Positions 12,701 to 24,100 of a stretch of DNA of 64,000 nt are shown here, one piece after another. Positions within the stretch are counted from its first letter, which is position 1. Each line of letters begins with the position of its first letter. The DNA lies in the NCBI RefSeq assembly GCF_963676685.1, contig NC_092346.1:20584001-20648000 (forward strand), read 5' to 3'. The DNA comes from Mytilus edulis (lineage: Eukaryota). Position numbers and translations under genes: made by a program. The notes below the pieces were generated by a model. That model was not told the DNA's origin. It searched no databases and saw only the letters and a program-made list of their open reading frames with translations.

Positions 12701-15477
12701 ACAAGTGAAGTTGAAGAGTTGGAACAATCATTGTCTGTTCCCAGATGTCCCATCCGACATCCAAAATCACGTTAACCGTTACATTCCTTAAATTATCTAG
12801 CAGGTGCCCGCGAGTCTATCGGGACATCCCAGGAATTTACGATCATTTTAAGGTTTAAGAAAGAAATGCACCGACAAGGGTCAATATCTAATTCAATACA
12901 TATAGTTGTTATATAAGTTCATAATTAAACAGATAATTTAAACGCAAATCGTACAAAATTGTAATTAACGTAAAAGTACTAGAACGTAAACATACCTTCG
13001 GACATCTTTTTGTCAGACGTAACACGGAATCATGGGAAATATGTGTAAGTCACTGAAGCATTTAATTTATTCCAATATGGGATACCTTGCATTCCACTGA
13101 TAACGTGCCTTAGAGATAAATTTACTGAAGTAGGACAAACTATTTCTACTATTTTGTTTAATTCCATATTAGGTTACGGCCTGTGATTGTAAATTTAGGA
13201 GGGAAACGACAAATGTCAATCATTGTAATGGCAAACATGATATGTGATTTAGAACCGCAAATGAATTCATGCAGTATGAAAATTATAAAATAATCACTTT
13301 ATCCACAGGGCACATGAAAGAAAGAACTTTACAGTAAAAAAAAAAAAAAAAAAAAAAATTATGAATATGTAATACTTATTTATTAACGTTAGAAAATTTT
13401 GAAAAGAACCGATAATCTAGATGTAAAATTTCTGTAAAGTGTTTAGTTTAAAATCTATCAAGTTGTTCACTTTGCTTATCTGAGATGATCTATTAAATAA
13501 ATATAGATATATTTATATACATGAAACTATAATGATTGATACATTATTTTGAATCACATGCAATAATTTGATGTACTGTGTAAGAAAGGGGGGGGGGGGG
13601 GGGGGTGTTACTTACAAAAACGAATCATACAGTCATATAATTCAAAGATATATGCAAGAAAACTGTAACTTTGGTAAGAAATAAAAGGTCTCGGTCAGCT
13701 ATGACCTGTATACAATGTCCTTGGTCACAGCTTAAAATTGGACACATATGATATATGTTCAATCTATATACATTTCCCATTTCCATTCTAAATTTAAAGT
13801 TGACTGACAAATATGATTTAATATATATAAATATAGCATGCCCAGAAGATATTCCTTCAATAACGAAGATATTCCTTCAATAACGAACTTTTTGTTGTAT
13901 GATTATGCATAAATATTTTCGAAATTCTTAAGATAAGGGGTTTTAATTTTTCAACATCCCGAAACCAAAAACTAATACCTATATAACTTCTATGTTTTCT
14001 ATTTTAACCAGCTTGATGATCATAGTTTTAAAAGACATAAACATCCTGTAACCGATAGTTTTGAATTCGTATGAATATTTTTTTTTCACATTCATGTCCA
14101 TTTGTATATCATTTACTTATTTTATTCATACCGAAAAGAAGACACCCCTTTGTGTTTGGAACCCGTCAATCTTGAACTTTAAAACGAGATATATATTTTT
14201 TAGTATATATATACTACCAAAAAAGTCTCTTGTTTTAAAATATACTTAAATACATTTATACAGTGAGATAAAGAAATTATTTCGGAATGAAAATGCATTC
14301 TTTGATTGAATTTGTAGGAAGACTACACACAAGTTGTTACTCAAACTAACTTCAATGTAACATAAGCAACATCAATTTCGATTTTTCATTTAGTAAACAT
14401 TTTATAACAACTCATAAGGTTTTCCAATTTTATAATTTCCCTTTCCTGGTCACGTCATTTCCTTTTGTTTAATTTAACAACCTTTTTGTTTTAAAACAAC
14501 TACGGAGCCCGTACCATTTCAACCCCTTAGCCTTGGCATCGAATGCAGCAATCCATGGAATCATACAGATAAAAAAAATGTTTTACTCCAATCTTTTTCT
14601 TTCAGCTTTGCAATTAAAATTGAATTCCATATTCAAGGTCATTCAATTCTCATCACTCAATAATAATGCAACTGTATCCCTAATTTCGGTATAAACATCA
14701 TTTTTGATCTATGAATTAAATGATTAAAACAATTTGTAGCGGTTTGGTCCGTTTGTTTTAACAGACTAAAGAAATATATTAAATCACATATTCGAACACA
14801 TTTTTCGAATTTCACACAAAACGAGAATTATTGCGATATGTCTGTCTGCAAGCGTATAAGAAAAATTTCGTTTCAAATTCAGACTTTTTGGGTTAAACTC
14901 AGCAAAATTTTCCGCTTCAAATTATAAATCAAAGGAATATTTTTTTTAACTTTTTTTTCAAAAAAAAGGAATAATGGGAGTTTCATTCTCTGTATCTGAT
15001 CCATGTGCAAACCTTTTTGAATTGTATCAATGTCAATGTAGTATACTTGCAGTCTAATTTTGATATGGTCTTTTCACATTTAGCGTAGCTAAAGAAAGGG
15101 TTCATATGAATATTAAAATATACAAATATTTCGAGTATTTCAATGTTCTTGGTAATATTTTTAGATATTGCGGAATGAAATAATTTTATCAATACAATAT
15201 AATGAAATTAATAAGAAACTATGATACTTGTTGATTTTATTTGTGTTTGGTTTATGAGAATAAATATCAATCATTAATTAAAACGAAACACAAAACGTAA
15301 TTGGTATTCATAGAAAAGTAGTAACAAAAATAAACAAATGTAACTAATTACAACACAAGTAACATAATTATTAAAAATAAAAACAAAATGTAATTAGTTA
15401 AATTAGAAATCCCTACCTTTACGGATTTGAAAGTTAACATACGTCGGAGTATTATCTTGTCTCTCGAATGCCATCAT
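778..15477 (-). CDS. AMOT: Angiomotin-family protein, spliced, 3' end outside the window
   Basis: Frame-consistent GT-AG exons on the minus strand: 15477-15417 (candidate first exon), 6012-5875, 5460-4776, 4008-3855, 3445-3301, 2970-2932, 2190-2045, 1457-1305, 906-778. Translation shows PPPY and PPPPEYP WW-binding motifs, the RQEPQG tankyrase-type motif, and a coiled coil (ILTDENKKLREDL..KVAILQKFELEI..YESLVQSSRKREKLE; LQAACSKREQMEKQLRTRLEKE; EKDAKILEL) matching the angiomotin pattern. Confidence 0.92.
1540..1637. repeat. Minisatellite, 19-bp unit, about 5 copies
   Basis: GGATAATCCTTCAGTTTTA repeated in tandem within an angiomotin intron. Confidence 0.9.
6968..7547. mobile_element. Non-autonomous TIR element of about 580 bp, Kolobok-like ends
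   Basis: Left end AGGAGTAGGTTCAGTAAGACCCCTTTTTGGCCCCAAAAT; right end reverse complement AGGAGGAGGTCCGGTAAGGGCCGATTTTGGCCTCAAATT. AG...CT termini with degenerate TTAA-like flanks (ataa/ttct). Confidence 0.7.
7575..11231. mobile_element. Decayed Kolobok-superfamily DNA transposon, 3.66 kb
   Basis: Exact TTAA on both sides (7571-7574 and 11232-11235). Imperfect TIR AGGGAAATTCCGCG / AGGGAAACTTCGCA. Contains an internal KolX-like pseudo-ORF. Confidence 0.75.
8866..9156 (+). pseudogene. Frameshifted KolX / nanor / P2X7-ballast-like domain remnant inside the Kolobok element
   Basis: Across frameshifts it reads CITDIDEFIIV...VHET, RLVAFRSFVC, FIVNTIR-(K)EFPSLDGEYEGFQE*. This is collinear with the P2X7 C-terminus as I recall it: CITTSELF...RHCAYRCY...IRKEFPKSEGQYSGF. 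Confidence 0.7.
12996..13005 (-). CDS. Candidate alternative first coding exon of the angiomotin gene (MSE-)
   Basis: Minus strand reads aagATGTCCGAAG|gtatgt: a strong donor in phase 1, compatible with the phase-1 exon 6012-5875. No transcript evidence. Confidence 0.4.
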
Positions 15478-16879
15478 ACTTAAATCAATCCCCTTTTCCT
15501 TTTCTATTTCCCGACACACTTCTATACTCAAGAATTTTAAGTAGTATATCCTTTAAAAGTTAATTATGAAATGGACATCTTCCTGTATATGATATACTTG
15601 TAACCTCCTCAAAGATATTATTGAAATTCAGTATTAAAATTCCTTAGTTACGTTCAGCACTTACGCAAACAGCAGTTTTCATTAAATATGAGAAATATTT
15701 TTTTTCTGTACTAGTCTGAATGATTGTTATAAATAACTCCTAGCATACTTTGCATTCCAATGACTTGCGCTATGATAACGAACACACAACTACATCAACA
15801 CTGATAATCAGTATTTTATTTGTTTATTCTTCATATAAATTTCTTCTAAAGAAAATGGTATCAAATTTTATTTATTCATACCATAGAAGACATTGAAATA
15901 AAATATTTTAAACACGCAAAAGCATTATAAGATATTACACAATTTTTCTTCTATATCAAACAAAGCTATGAAGCTATACCTTACCCCCTATCAATAATAA
16001 TAAGTTTTTATTACCTGGTCAAAACCCTTATTTGTCGTAATACTAAATAAAATGTCTGTGGAATTTGGTTGTTTTCACATACAATAAAAGGATAGTATGG
16101 ATGAATACACATACTATTTTGAAGGTTAAAATCATAAATCAAATCAGGTCCTTTGGCAATTTTACAACAATACAACCACTACTTGAATAAGCTTAGGAAT
16201 GTGGCTAGATGCCTTTCCAGTTCAATATTTAATATTTCTTTTCATATGTATGTATTTATTGTGCATTATGTACCGACATGTCCTTTTAATGTTCAATTAA
16301 AGGTTTGGCACCTGCTCAAAAACTCGAATTTTTTTATTATTACATTTAATAAGTTTTATGGAATGTAAATACGAAACCTTTCAAGAATTTAAATTATCTG
16401 AAAAGCTTTGATTTAATATCAGAGATAATATATTTCGGTAATGTTTGATAGTACATTGACATTCATGCATTGAGTATTTAGTGGCCATAAATTAAAACTG
16501 TTTTTACGGTTAAAGAGAGAATAGTTAGGAGAGTTTTTATGAGATAGGGAATAAACCCTAAACATCAACAAATGAATTAAATAATAATAAAAAAACAACA
16601 ACACATATGTAGCTTATTATATAATAAGAGGGAAACATTAACAAAACGCATATAATCAGTTATAAAAAGAGACGAAAGATATAATAATTACCTGTTACCA
16701 AATTCTTTAATTGATACAAATATTTGGTAAGAATGTTTTGGCTGTTTCTATATTTTTTAAAATTAAAAACGGGATATCACATCATAATTTAAACAGTGAT
16801 GTTGTTTAAAAAGCCCTTAAATTTATAAATGATCCGCGTTAGCATTTTGATCCTTTGAAAATAAATATTGCTGTCCTAG

Positions 16880-17820
16880 CTCTAACATCGATTACTGCCA
16901 ACAATGCCATCTGGCACTTTGATTTCTGTAAACCATGTCGTCCTAGCTCCAATATGGATTACTGTAAACCATGCCGTAACTACACTCTAAAATCGATTTC
17001 TGTAGATCATATCGTCCTAGTTTCTTATATCGATTACTATATCGATTGCTGTAAATCCTGCCGCTTCTATCATCGATTACTGTAAATCATGCCGCTCTAC
17101 TCTCTATAATATCGATAATTATAAATTATGCCACTCTATTCTCTAATATCGATAACTAGAAATCATGCCGCTCTACTCTCTAATATCGATAAATATAAAT
17201 CATACGGTACCACACTCTTAAGTCGATTACTGTAAATCATGCCGCCCTACACTCTAATATCGACTGCAGTAAATCATGCCGCCCTACATTCATATATCTA
17301 AGTTTATGTACATCATGCCGCCCTAGACTCTAAAATCGATATCTGCAAATCATGCCGCCCTACACTCTAATATTGATTGCAGTAAATCATTCCGCTCTAC
17401 ATTATATATCTATTTATGTAGATCATGCCGCCCTAGGCTACAATATCGATAACTGCAAATCATGCCCCCAAAAACTCTTATATAGTTTACGGTAAATTAT
17501 GCCGCTCTACTCTCTAATATCGACTACTGTAAACCATGCTGCTCTACATTCTAATTTCGATGACCGAAACTATGCCGCCCTTCACTCTATTACTGATGGC
17601 TGTACACCATTACACCCTACCCTCTAATATCGATAACTGTAAACTATGCCACCCTTTACTCTATAGTCGATTTCTGTAAACCATGACGCCCTAACATCTT
17701 ATATCGATTACTGTAAACCATACCGTACTACATCCTTATATCGATCACTGTAAACCATGCCACCCTACACTCTAGTATCGATTACTGTAAATCATGTCGT
17801 CTCATATTCTTATATCGATA
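16880..17820. repeat. Minisatellite, about 37-bp unit, about 25 diverged copies
   Basis: Approximate consensus ATCGATTACTGTAAATCATGCCGCCCTACACTCTAAT, head-to-tail with no unique spacers. Confidence 0.92.
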
Positions 17821-17939
17821 TTAATGCTAAAAATTAGCAAAATATAGTCCTTAAAAAAAATAACCGACGCAATACCTGATAGAAAAACAATATAAGTTTA
17901 TCACTGATCAATGGGTCTATTTCTTAAAATTGTTGCTTT

Positions 17940-18883
17940 CTTTTGAATATAAACGTAAAATGATGGTAGCAGAACACTTTTTGTCGGATTTTCGCAGTGG
18001 AATCATACAATGAAAACTTAAACTTTCCTAATGGTTTTTGTAGTAAATTAAAAGTGTTATTATGTAAACTTGGTTTTCAAAATGTCTGTGAAAATCAAAA
18101 TACTATGTCAAAGAAAAAATTACTTTTTTCACTTTAAAAGAAATTAGAACAGGAATTCATAAAATACTGGAAACAAGCTCTTTTTTTGTGACTCTAATAA
18201 TGGTTAAAGTCATGGTAATAAACTAAGAACGTATCGCAAAGTTAAAAATAATTTTGAATTAGAAAAATATCTTCTACTAGACCTTAACAAAAGTGTTATT
18301 TCTAAAATGGTAAAAATCAGAATTAGTAATATTAAATTACTAATAGAAGTTAGTAGATATACTAGAACATCTTTAGAACAGAGAATTTGTCCGATTTGTA
18401 AGGATGGAATTGAAGATGAGTTCCATTTTCTCATTCAATGTAAAGCGTTAGAACTTTTAGAAATGTACTCTTTTGTAATTTAAGTGATATAGTTCAATCT
18501 TTTGTTAATATGTGTGAACAAGATGAGTTTAGTTTCATTTTGAAAAGTAATGATACGGACATTAGTACTGTAAGTGTAGCTGGAATAAGCGATATATATG
18601 ATTTGAACATTCATTTAAAGCAAACATAATGTTGTTAAGAGCTTTTATGGCATTACAGCTGATTGTAATAGCTTGAATTCATAATATTGTATGAATAACA
18701 CCTCCACGCAATGTAAATATAAAATATGTATCTCTTATCATGATCATTGAGAAAATATGTTTGGTTGTTTTTTGTTTGTTTGTTTGTTTGTTTATTTTTG
18801 TATTTGTATTTTGTAAATGTCAGCTGGTATCATTTCTGTATAGAAATTTATACCGATAAAATTATTTGATTTGATTTGATTTT
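17940..18883 (+). mobile_element. 5'-truncated non-LTR retrotransposon (CR1/L2-group) 3' end
   Basis: Plus frame reads NKLRTYRKVKNNFELEKYL...IRISNIKLLIEVSRY...RICPICKDGIEDEFHFLIQC, a C-terminal cysteine motif of LINE ORF2. It is followed by a UTR and an (ATTTG)n tail at about 18860-18883. Left boundary is approximate. Confidence 0.75.
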
Positions 18884-20717
18884 TACAGCCATTCATCTTT
18901 TGTTAAAAGTAGTTAACTTAGAATCTTTACGAATGAAATATATCACAAAGAAGTTTTGAAAAATTAAGAAATGCAAACATAGATAAATCAAATCATTTTT
19001 AGTACTTTTAACAAGTATCAAATTAAATAGAAACGCGCCAAATCTAACAGAATGTGCGAAGGTTAATGATCTTGAGAATTTTATCCCACTTATGATCAGT
19101 TATTGAAAGTAAACAAATTAAAACACGTCATGAAGCGTGGTTCGTCTGCAAAACAACAGATATTGTTTTTAAGTAATGTATTTCATAAGTATGTATGTGT
19201 CAGACTTTAAACACTTGTTACTCGTATTCTTAATTAATGGATAATTTGTGTATGCATTAAAATGAAATTATTTGTATAAGGGCCACAACCAAAGATGAAC
19301 GAACGAAATATCCTTGATACAGTTTCTAGGATTTTTTTGCCTACATACTAATAAATAAATTAAACAGACAACTTACTGAGTTACTAAAAGGGTTCTTTAA
19401 TGTACAAGAAGCGTGACACTCATCTTAGATGAGGAATCGGATTTTAAAGTCCCCATTCCGATTTGACGTGGATTTGCATACATTTCGCAGAGCCAAACGA
19501 CCGCTCACTTTAGCGATGGAATGCAGTATCCCAATTTTTGACATTTATACCTATGATGTCAGTTTGTTTTGCTCAGACATTGGTTCCAATATGATGGACT
19601 GTCTTGCAAGCAAGAGGTTCAGCTAGCTGTTAAACCAGGTTTAATGAACGATTTTCTACATAAGGAAATGTATGTATCAAGTCAGGAATATGACAGTTAT
19701 TTTCTATTCGTTTGATGTGTCTAGGGTTTTTGATTTTGCCATCTGATAAAGGACTTTTCGTTTTGAATTTTCCATGGAGTTCGGTATTTTTGTTGTTTTA
19801 ATTTTTATTCCCAGACGTGAGTATGTCAGAGATGGCCAAGTCAATCTTTATGGGTTCTTAGCTTAGACGGTATTGCATGCACAGACAGTAAGGTTTCACT
19901 ATGGGAAGGAATGAATAATGGTTAACTTAACTCATTGCGAACTTTTAATTCGACCTGTTGATACTGTTTATAATGCTTTTTTTGTTATTTTTTATTTATA
20001 TGGATCTTGTCTGTACACCAGCTTTGATTATTTGTAATATCCTCAATTTTTCACTTATTCTTACAACATTTGTATAAACTTCAAGATTATAAAAAACCGT
20101 TTTTTTTTCTATAGTGAACATTGATTGGTTAAATATTTCTCAGTGTGTTTGAATTTGTTTGTCAGCTTTTTGGTCATGAATGTTTGTCTCTAATATTTAT
20201 CTAACTGTGCATTTGTATTCAGATATCGCAGATCAAATTTATTTCATTGTTTAATCATACGTTTTTTGATTGAGTTAAGTCTGCCAATTGATATTTTATC
20301 GTATGTTTTTCTATGTTGTGATGTTATGCTATTGTTTCGGAAAAAGGGAGAAGGTTTGGATCCATTAAAACGTTTAATCCCGCTGCAAATGTTTGCACCT
20401 GTCCTAAGTCAGGAATCTGATGTACAGTAGTTGTCGTTTGTTTATGTAATATATACGTGTTTCTCGTTTCTCGTTTTGTTTATATAGATTAGACCGTTGG
20501 TTTTCCCGTTTGAATGGTTTTATACTAGTAATTTTGGGGCCCTTTATAGCTTGTTGTTCGGTGTGAGCCAAGGCTCCGTGTTGAAGGCCGTACTTTAACC
20601 TATAATGGTTTACTTTTTTAAATTGTTATTTGGATGGAGAGTTGTCTCATTGGCACTCACACCACATCTGCCTTTATCTATATAATAGTTATCAAAGGTA
20701 CCAGGATTATAATTTAG

Positions 20718-20764
20718 TACGCCAGACGCGCGTTTCGTCTACATAAGACTCTTCAGTGACGCTC
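20718..20764 (-). ncRNA. Type I hammerhead ribozyme, intact core
   Basis: Minus strand reads GAGCGUCA-CUGAAGA-GUC uuaugua GAC-GAAA-CGCGCG-UC/UGGCGUA: CUGANGA and GAAA core, stems I and II, palindromic stem III. Confidence 0.85.
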
Positions 20765-21072
20765 ATATCAAAATATTTATAAAGCCAAACAAGTACAAAG
20801 GTTGAAGAGCACTGAGGATCCAAAATTTCAAAAAGTTGTGCCAAATACGGCTAAGGTAATCGATGCCTGGGATAAGAAAATCCTTAGTTTTTCGAAAAAT
20901 TCAAAGTTTTGTAAACTAAAAATTAATAAAAATAACCATATAAATGATATTCATGTCAACACCGATATGCTGACTACTGGGCTGGTGATACCCTCGGTAT
21001 CGAAACGTCCACCAGCAGTGGCATCGCCCAGTGGTGTACATAGTTATCAAAGATACCAGGATTTTAATTTAA

Positions 21073-21119
21073 TACGTCAGACGCGCGTTTCGTCTACATA
21101 AGACTCATCAGTGACGCTC
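21073..21119 (-). ncRNA. Type I hammerhead ribozyme, intact core
   Basis: Minus strand reads GAGCGUCA-CUGAUGA-GUC uuaugua GAC-GAAA-CGCGCG-UC/UGACGUA. Confidence 0.9.
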
Positions 21120-24100
21120 AGATCAACATAGTTATCAAGCCAAAATAGTACAAAGTCGAAGAGCATTGAGTAACCCAAATTCCCCAAAATTGTACCAAAT
21201 ACGACTAAGGTAGTCTATGCCTTAGTTTGTTTTTCATAAAATTCAAAGTTTTGTAAACCAAAAAATTATAAAAAATGACTATATAGTTGATATTCATGTC
21301 AAAACTGAAGTGCTGACTATACCTCGAGGACGAAACATCCACCAGCAGTGGCATCGCCCAGTGGTGTACCTATTTTTTTTTTAAGGATTTTAATTAAAGC
21401 CGCCAGACGCGCGTTTCGTCTACATAAGACACATGAGTGACGCTCAGATCAAAATACATATGATGTTAAAAAAGTACATAGTTGAAGAGCATTGAGGACT
21501 GAAATTTCCCCAACATTGTGCCAAATACGGTTAGTCTAGGCCTTGGATAAGAAAATCCTTAGTTTGTCGTAAAATTCAAAGTTTTGTAAAAAGGAAATTT
21601 ATAAAAATAACCATATAATTGAAATTCATGTCAACACTGAAGTGCTGAGTGACTACTGGGCTGGTGATACCCTGGGAGACAAAACGTCTACCAGCAGTGG
21701 CATCGAACCAGTGGAGTAAATAGTTATAAAAAAAGTAGTAAATAAACTCATCATAGATACCAGGATTGAAATTTCCAATTTACGCCAGACGCGCGTTTCA
21801 TCGACAAAATACTCACCAGTCACGCTCGAATAAAAAAATAAAAGATAAAACAAAAATATCACATCACAGGAGAAGTAGTCCTCATTCCTAAATAGACATT
21901 GTCGCTGTCTTTTAATATATAGATATTTGCTTTATGGAAATATCAAAATGACAATACGAAGATATGGTATGATTGTGATTTGTCAATAAATCAATTATCC
22001 ACCAGAGACCAAATGACGTAGACATAAGCACTTTTGACAACATAATATATCTTTACACATTTAAATACTAATACACATATCATTATTATGGTTTTATAAT
22101 AGAGTTTATAATCTTAACTAACTTCGTACTGTATGACCTTTATCTATATCTTGAATTGTGATTTTATAGTACACCTACAATTTTACTAGGTATAAATAAA
22201 ACGTGACATAAGTTTTACATGCATGAATTTTTCCAATGTGTAGAGTTATGTTATGTTGATAAATAAAATATATCAAAACTAGCAGGTTACCCAGTTTTGT
22301 AGTTGTGAAAATGAAACAATTTGTAGGAAATATACAAAGTTCACGTGAAAAGAACGAACCATAAATTATTGAACTTTAAAATTAGATGTAAGAAGATAGA
22401 TCTTACATTTATATAAAATGTTTTAAGAAACTGAAAAGAAACAATAACAAAAAAAGTACCTTTTTCTTTGCTATATAACAAAATAAAATAAAATACTGCG
22501 CATTTCTTTACCAAATATAATTACCGAATTTTCTCCACATATAAAGCAAACTTTAAACAAATGATTAAATAAACACAATTCTGGTAAATGGTACATGCAG
22601 TTGTTATTATGAGATTAAATCAAATAATATTCTGAGTTTACATAAAACATCTGACACAAATGAATTGCATCCTTAAAAATATGCTTACTTGAATAAAAAA
22701 AAAGTGGACCGATCATTTGCTGCTATATCCAAGATGGCGAATGCTTCCCCTTAACTAATCGTTTTGGTATGAGAAGTTGTCATCCTAGACCAAAGCATGC
22801 TAATGAGAGTGTCTATAATTAAATTGATATGAAATAAAAACAAATAAAACTGGAATATAATCGGGTACCATCAGTCGAAAAAAAGACACATCCAAATTAT
22901 TTTTGCAAAAAAATCCGCTCAAGCCGTTGCTAGGGGTCGTCTTAAACTTGCAGTGAGGTGAGAAAATGTGTTCCCCGTGTTGAAGGCCTTACTGTGACTT
23001 TGAAATGAAGTACAGCAATTACAGTCCTGTTCTTTACTTTTTGTGTGTTTTTGTTTGCTGAGCATATACAGATTTTTTATGTCATGGATTGATACCCAAT
23101 ACCCTTTGATTTTCTATTTAATAACGCCAAAGATGAAAGTCAAATGTGTTGCATTTTCTAAGATCAGAAATGAATATGTCTGTACTGAATGTACAAAATC
23201 TTTTTATGGAATTTTAATATTCAATAAACTGAATGGGCAACATATATACATGTATGTGTATTTAAATTTCACAAAAAATGCCAAAAGCACAAGAAAAAGA
23301 TTGTTTCACAAAACCTCTCTAGGGTAAAAGAAACCTCAGGTTAACAAGTGCATAGGTATAATGCGGTGAATAAAAATGACAATAACAAGATCACGTAATC
23401 GGGTATATATGAGTACGTGTACTAATATCTACTAAGAGGATTAACAGTCTGGTATTTATGTTAAATATGTCCTTTAGACCAACGTTATATTTCTAAGTAG
23501 GGTTTAATACCGGTGATTTGGATAACAGATGAGGTAATGACTATGTCTATATACAACAATAATACAAGTGTTCTGCGATTCTCTTGCAATTTCTGTTGTC
23601 AAAATATATATACTTACGACAAGCATGAATAGCAGAAGTCCAACTCAGTTCAATACTGGTGAAACTGATAAGCCATGCACGATTACTACCATTAAAGTCC
23701 ATTGAGATAAATAAAAACTTCTGATACATTCAGACTAATACTTGTATTTTTTCTTTCATCATAGTCTGAAAGCTTCATTCTTTTATTTACCATGTTTTTT
23801 TGGTTGCCCGATGGGCGTGATTACTCGTGAAGTGTACACTGAAATTGGTATCGTACATTACAATACTAAAACCGAGTCGGTAACACTGCTGATTGAATGT
23901 TAGTACACGAGGGAACATTGCAAGCAGTAACCAATAATTGGCATTGCCATAAACTTATAAACACGGAGGTTATACCACTTTGTAGAACCAAGTTACGTTC
24001 GAAGTGAAATTGGAAGTATTAGTCAACATTGTTTAAGTACCCAAAAAAAGGAAAACATGATGATGGATCAACAATTATATGGAAATACAGAAAAAAGACG

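Larger units (their letters stand above)
20682..21840 (-). mobile_element. Tandem non-LTR retrozyme array (about 3.4 units of 326-382 bp, each with a type I hammerhead motif)
   Basis: The block CCAGACGCGCGTTTCGTCTACATAAGACTC recurs at about 20718, 21073, 21399 and 21781; its reverse complement is a hammerhead core. Confidence 0.88.

Noticed and set aside
16880-17820. Possible CRISPR-like array (37-bp periodicity)
   Set aside because: Units are head-to-tail with no unique spacers, there are no cas genes, and the context is a eukaryotic intron-rich genome.
21399-21830. Third and fourth hammerheads of the array, and copies at about 26224, 44304, 44560 and 59482, as active ribozymes
   Set aside because: Catalytic core or stem nucleotides are mutated (e.g. 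CUCAUGU, CUGGUGA, UUGGUGA).
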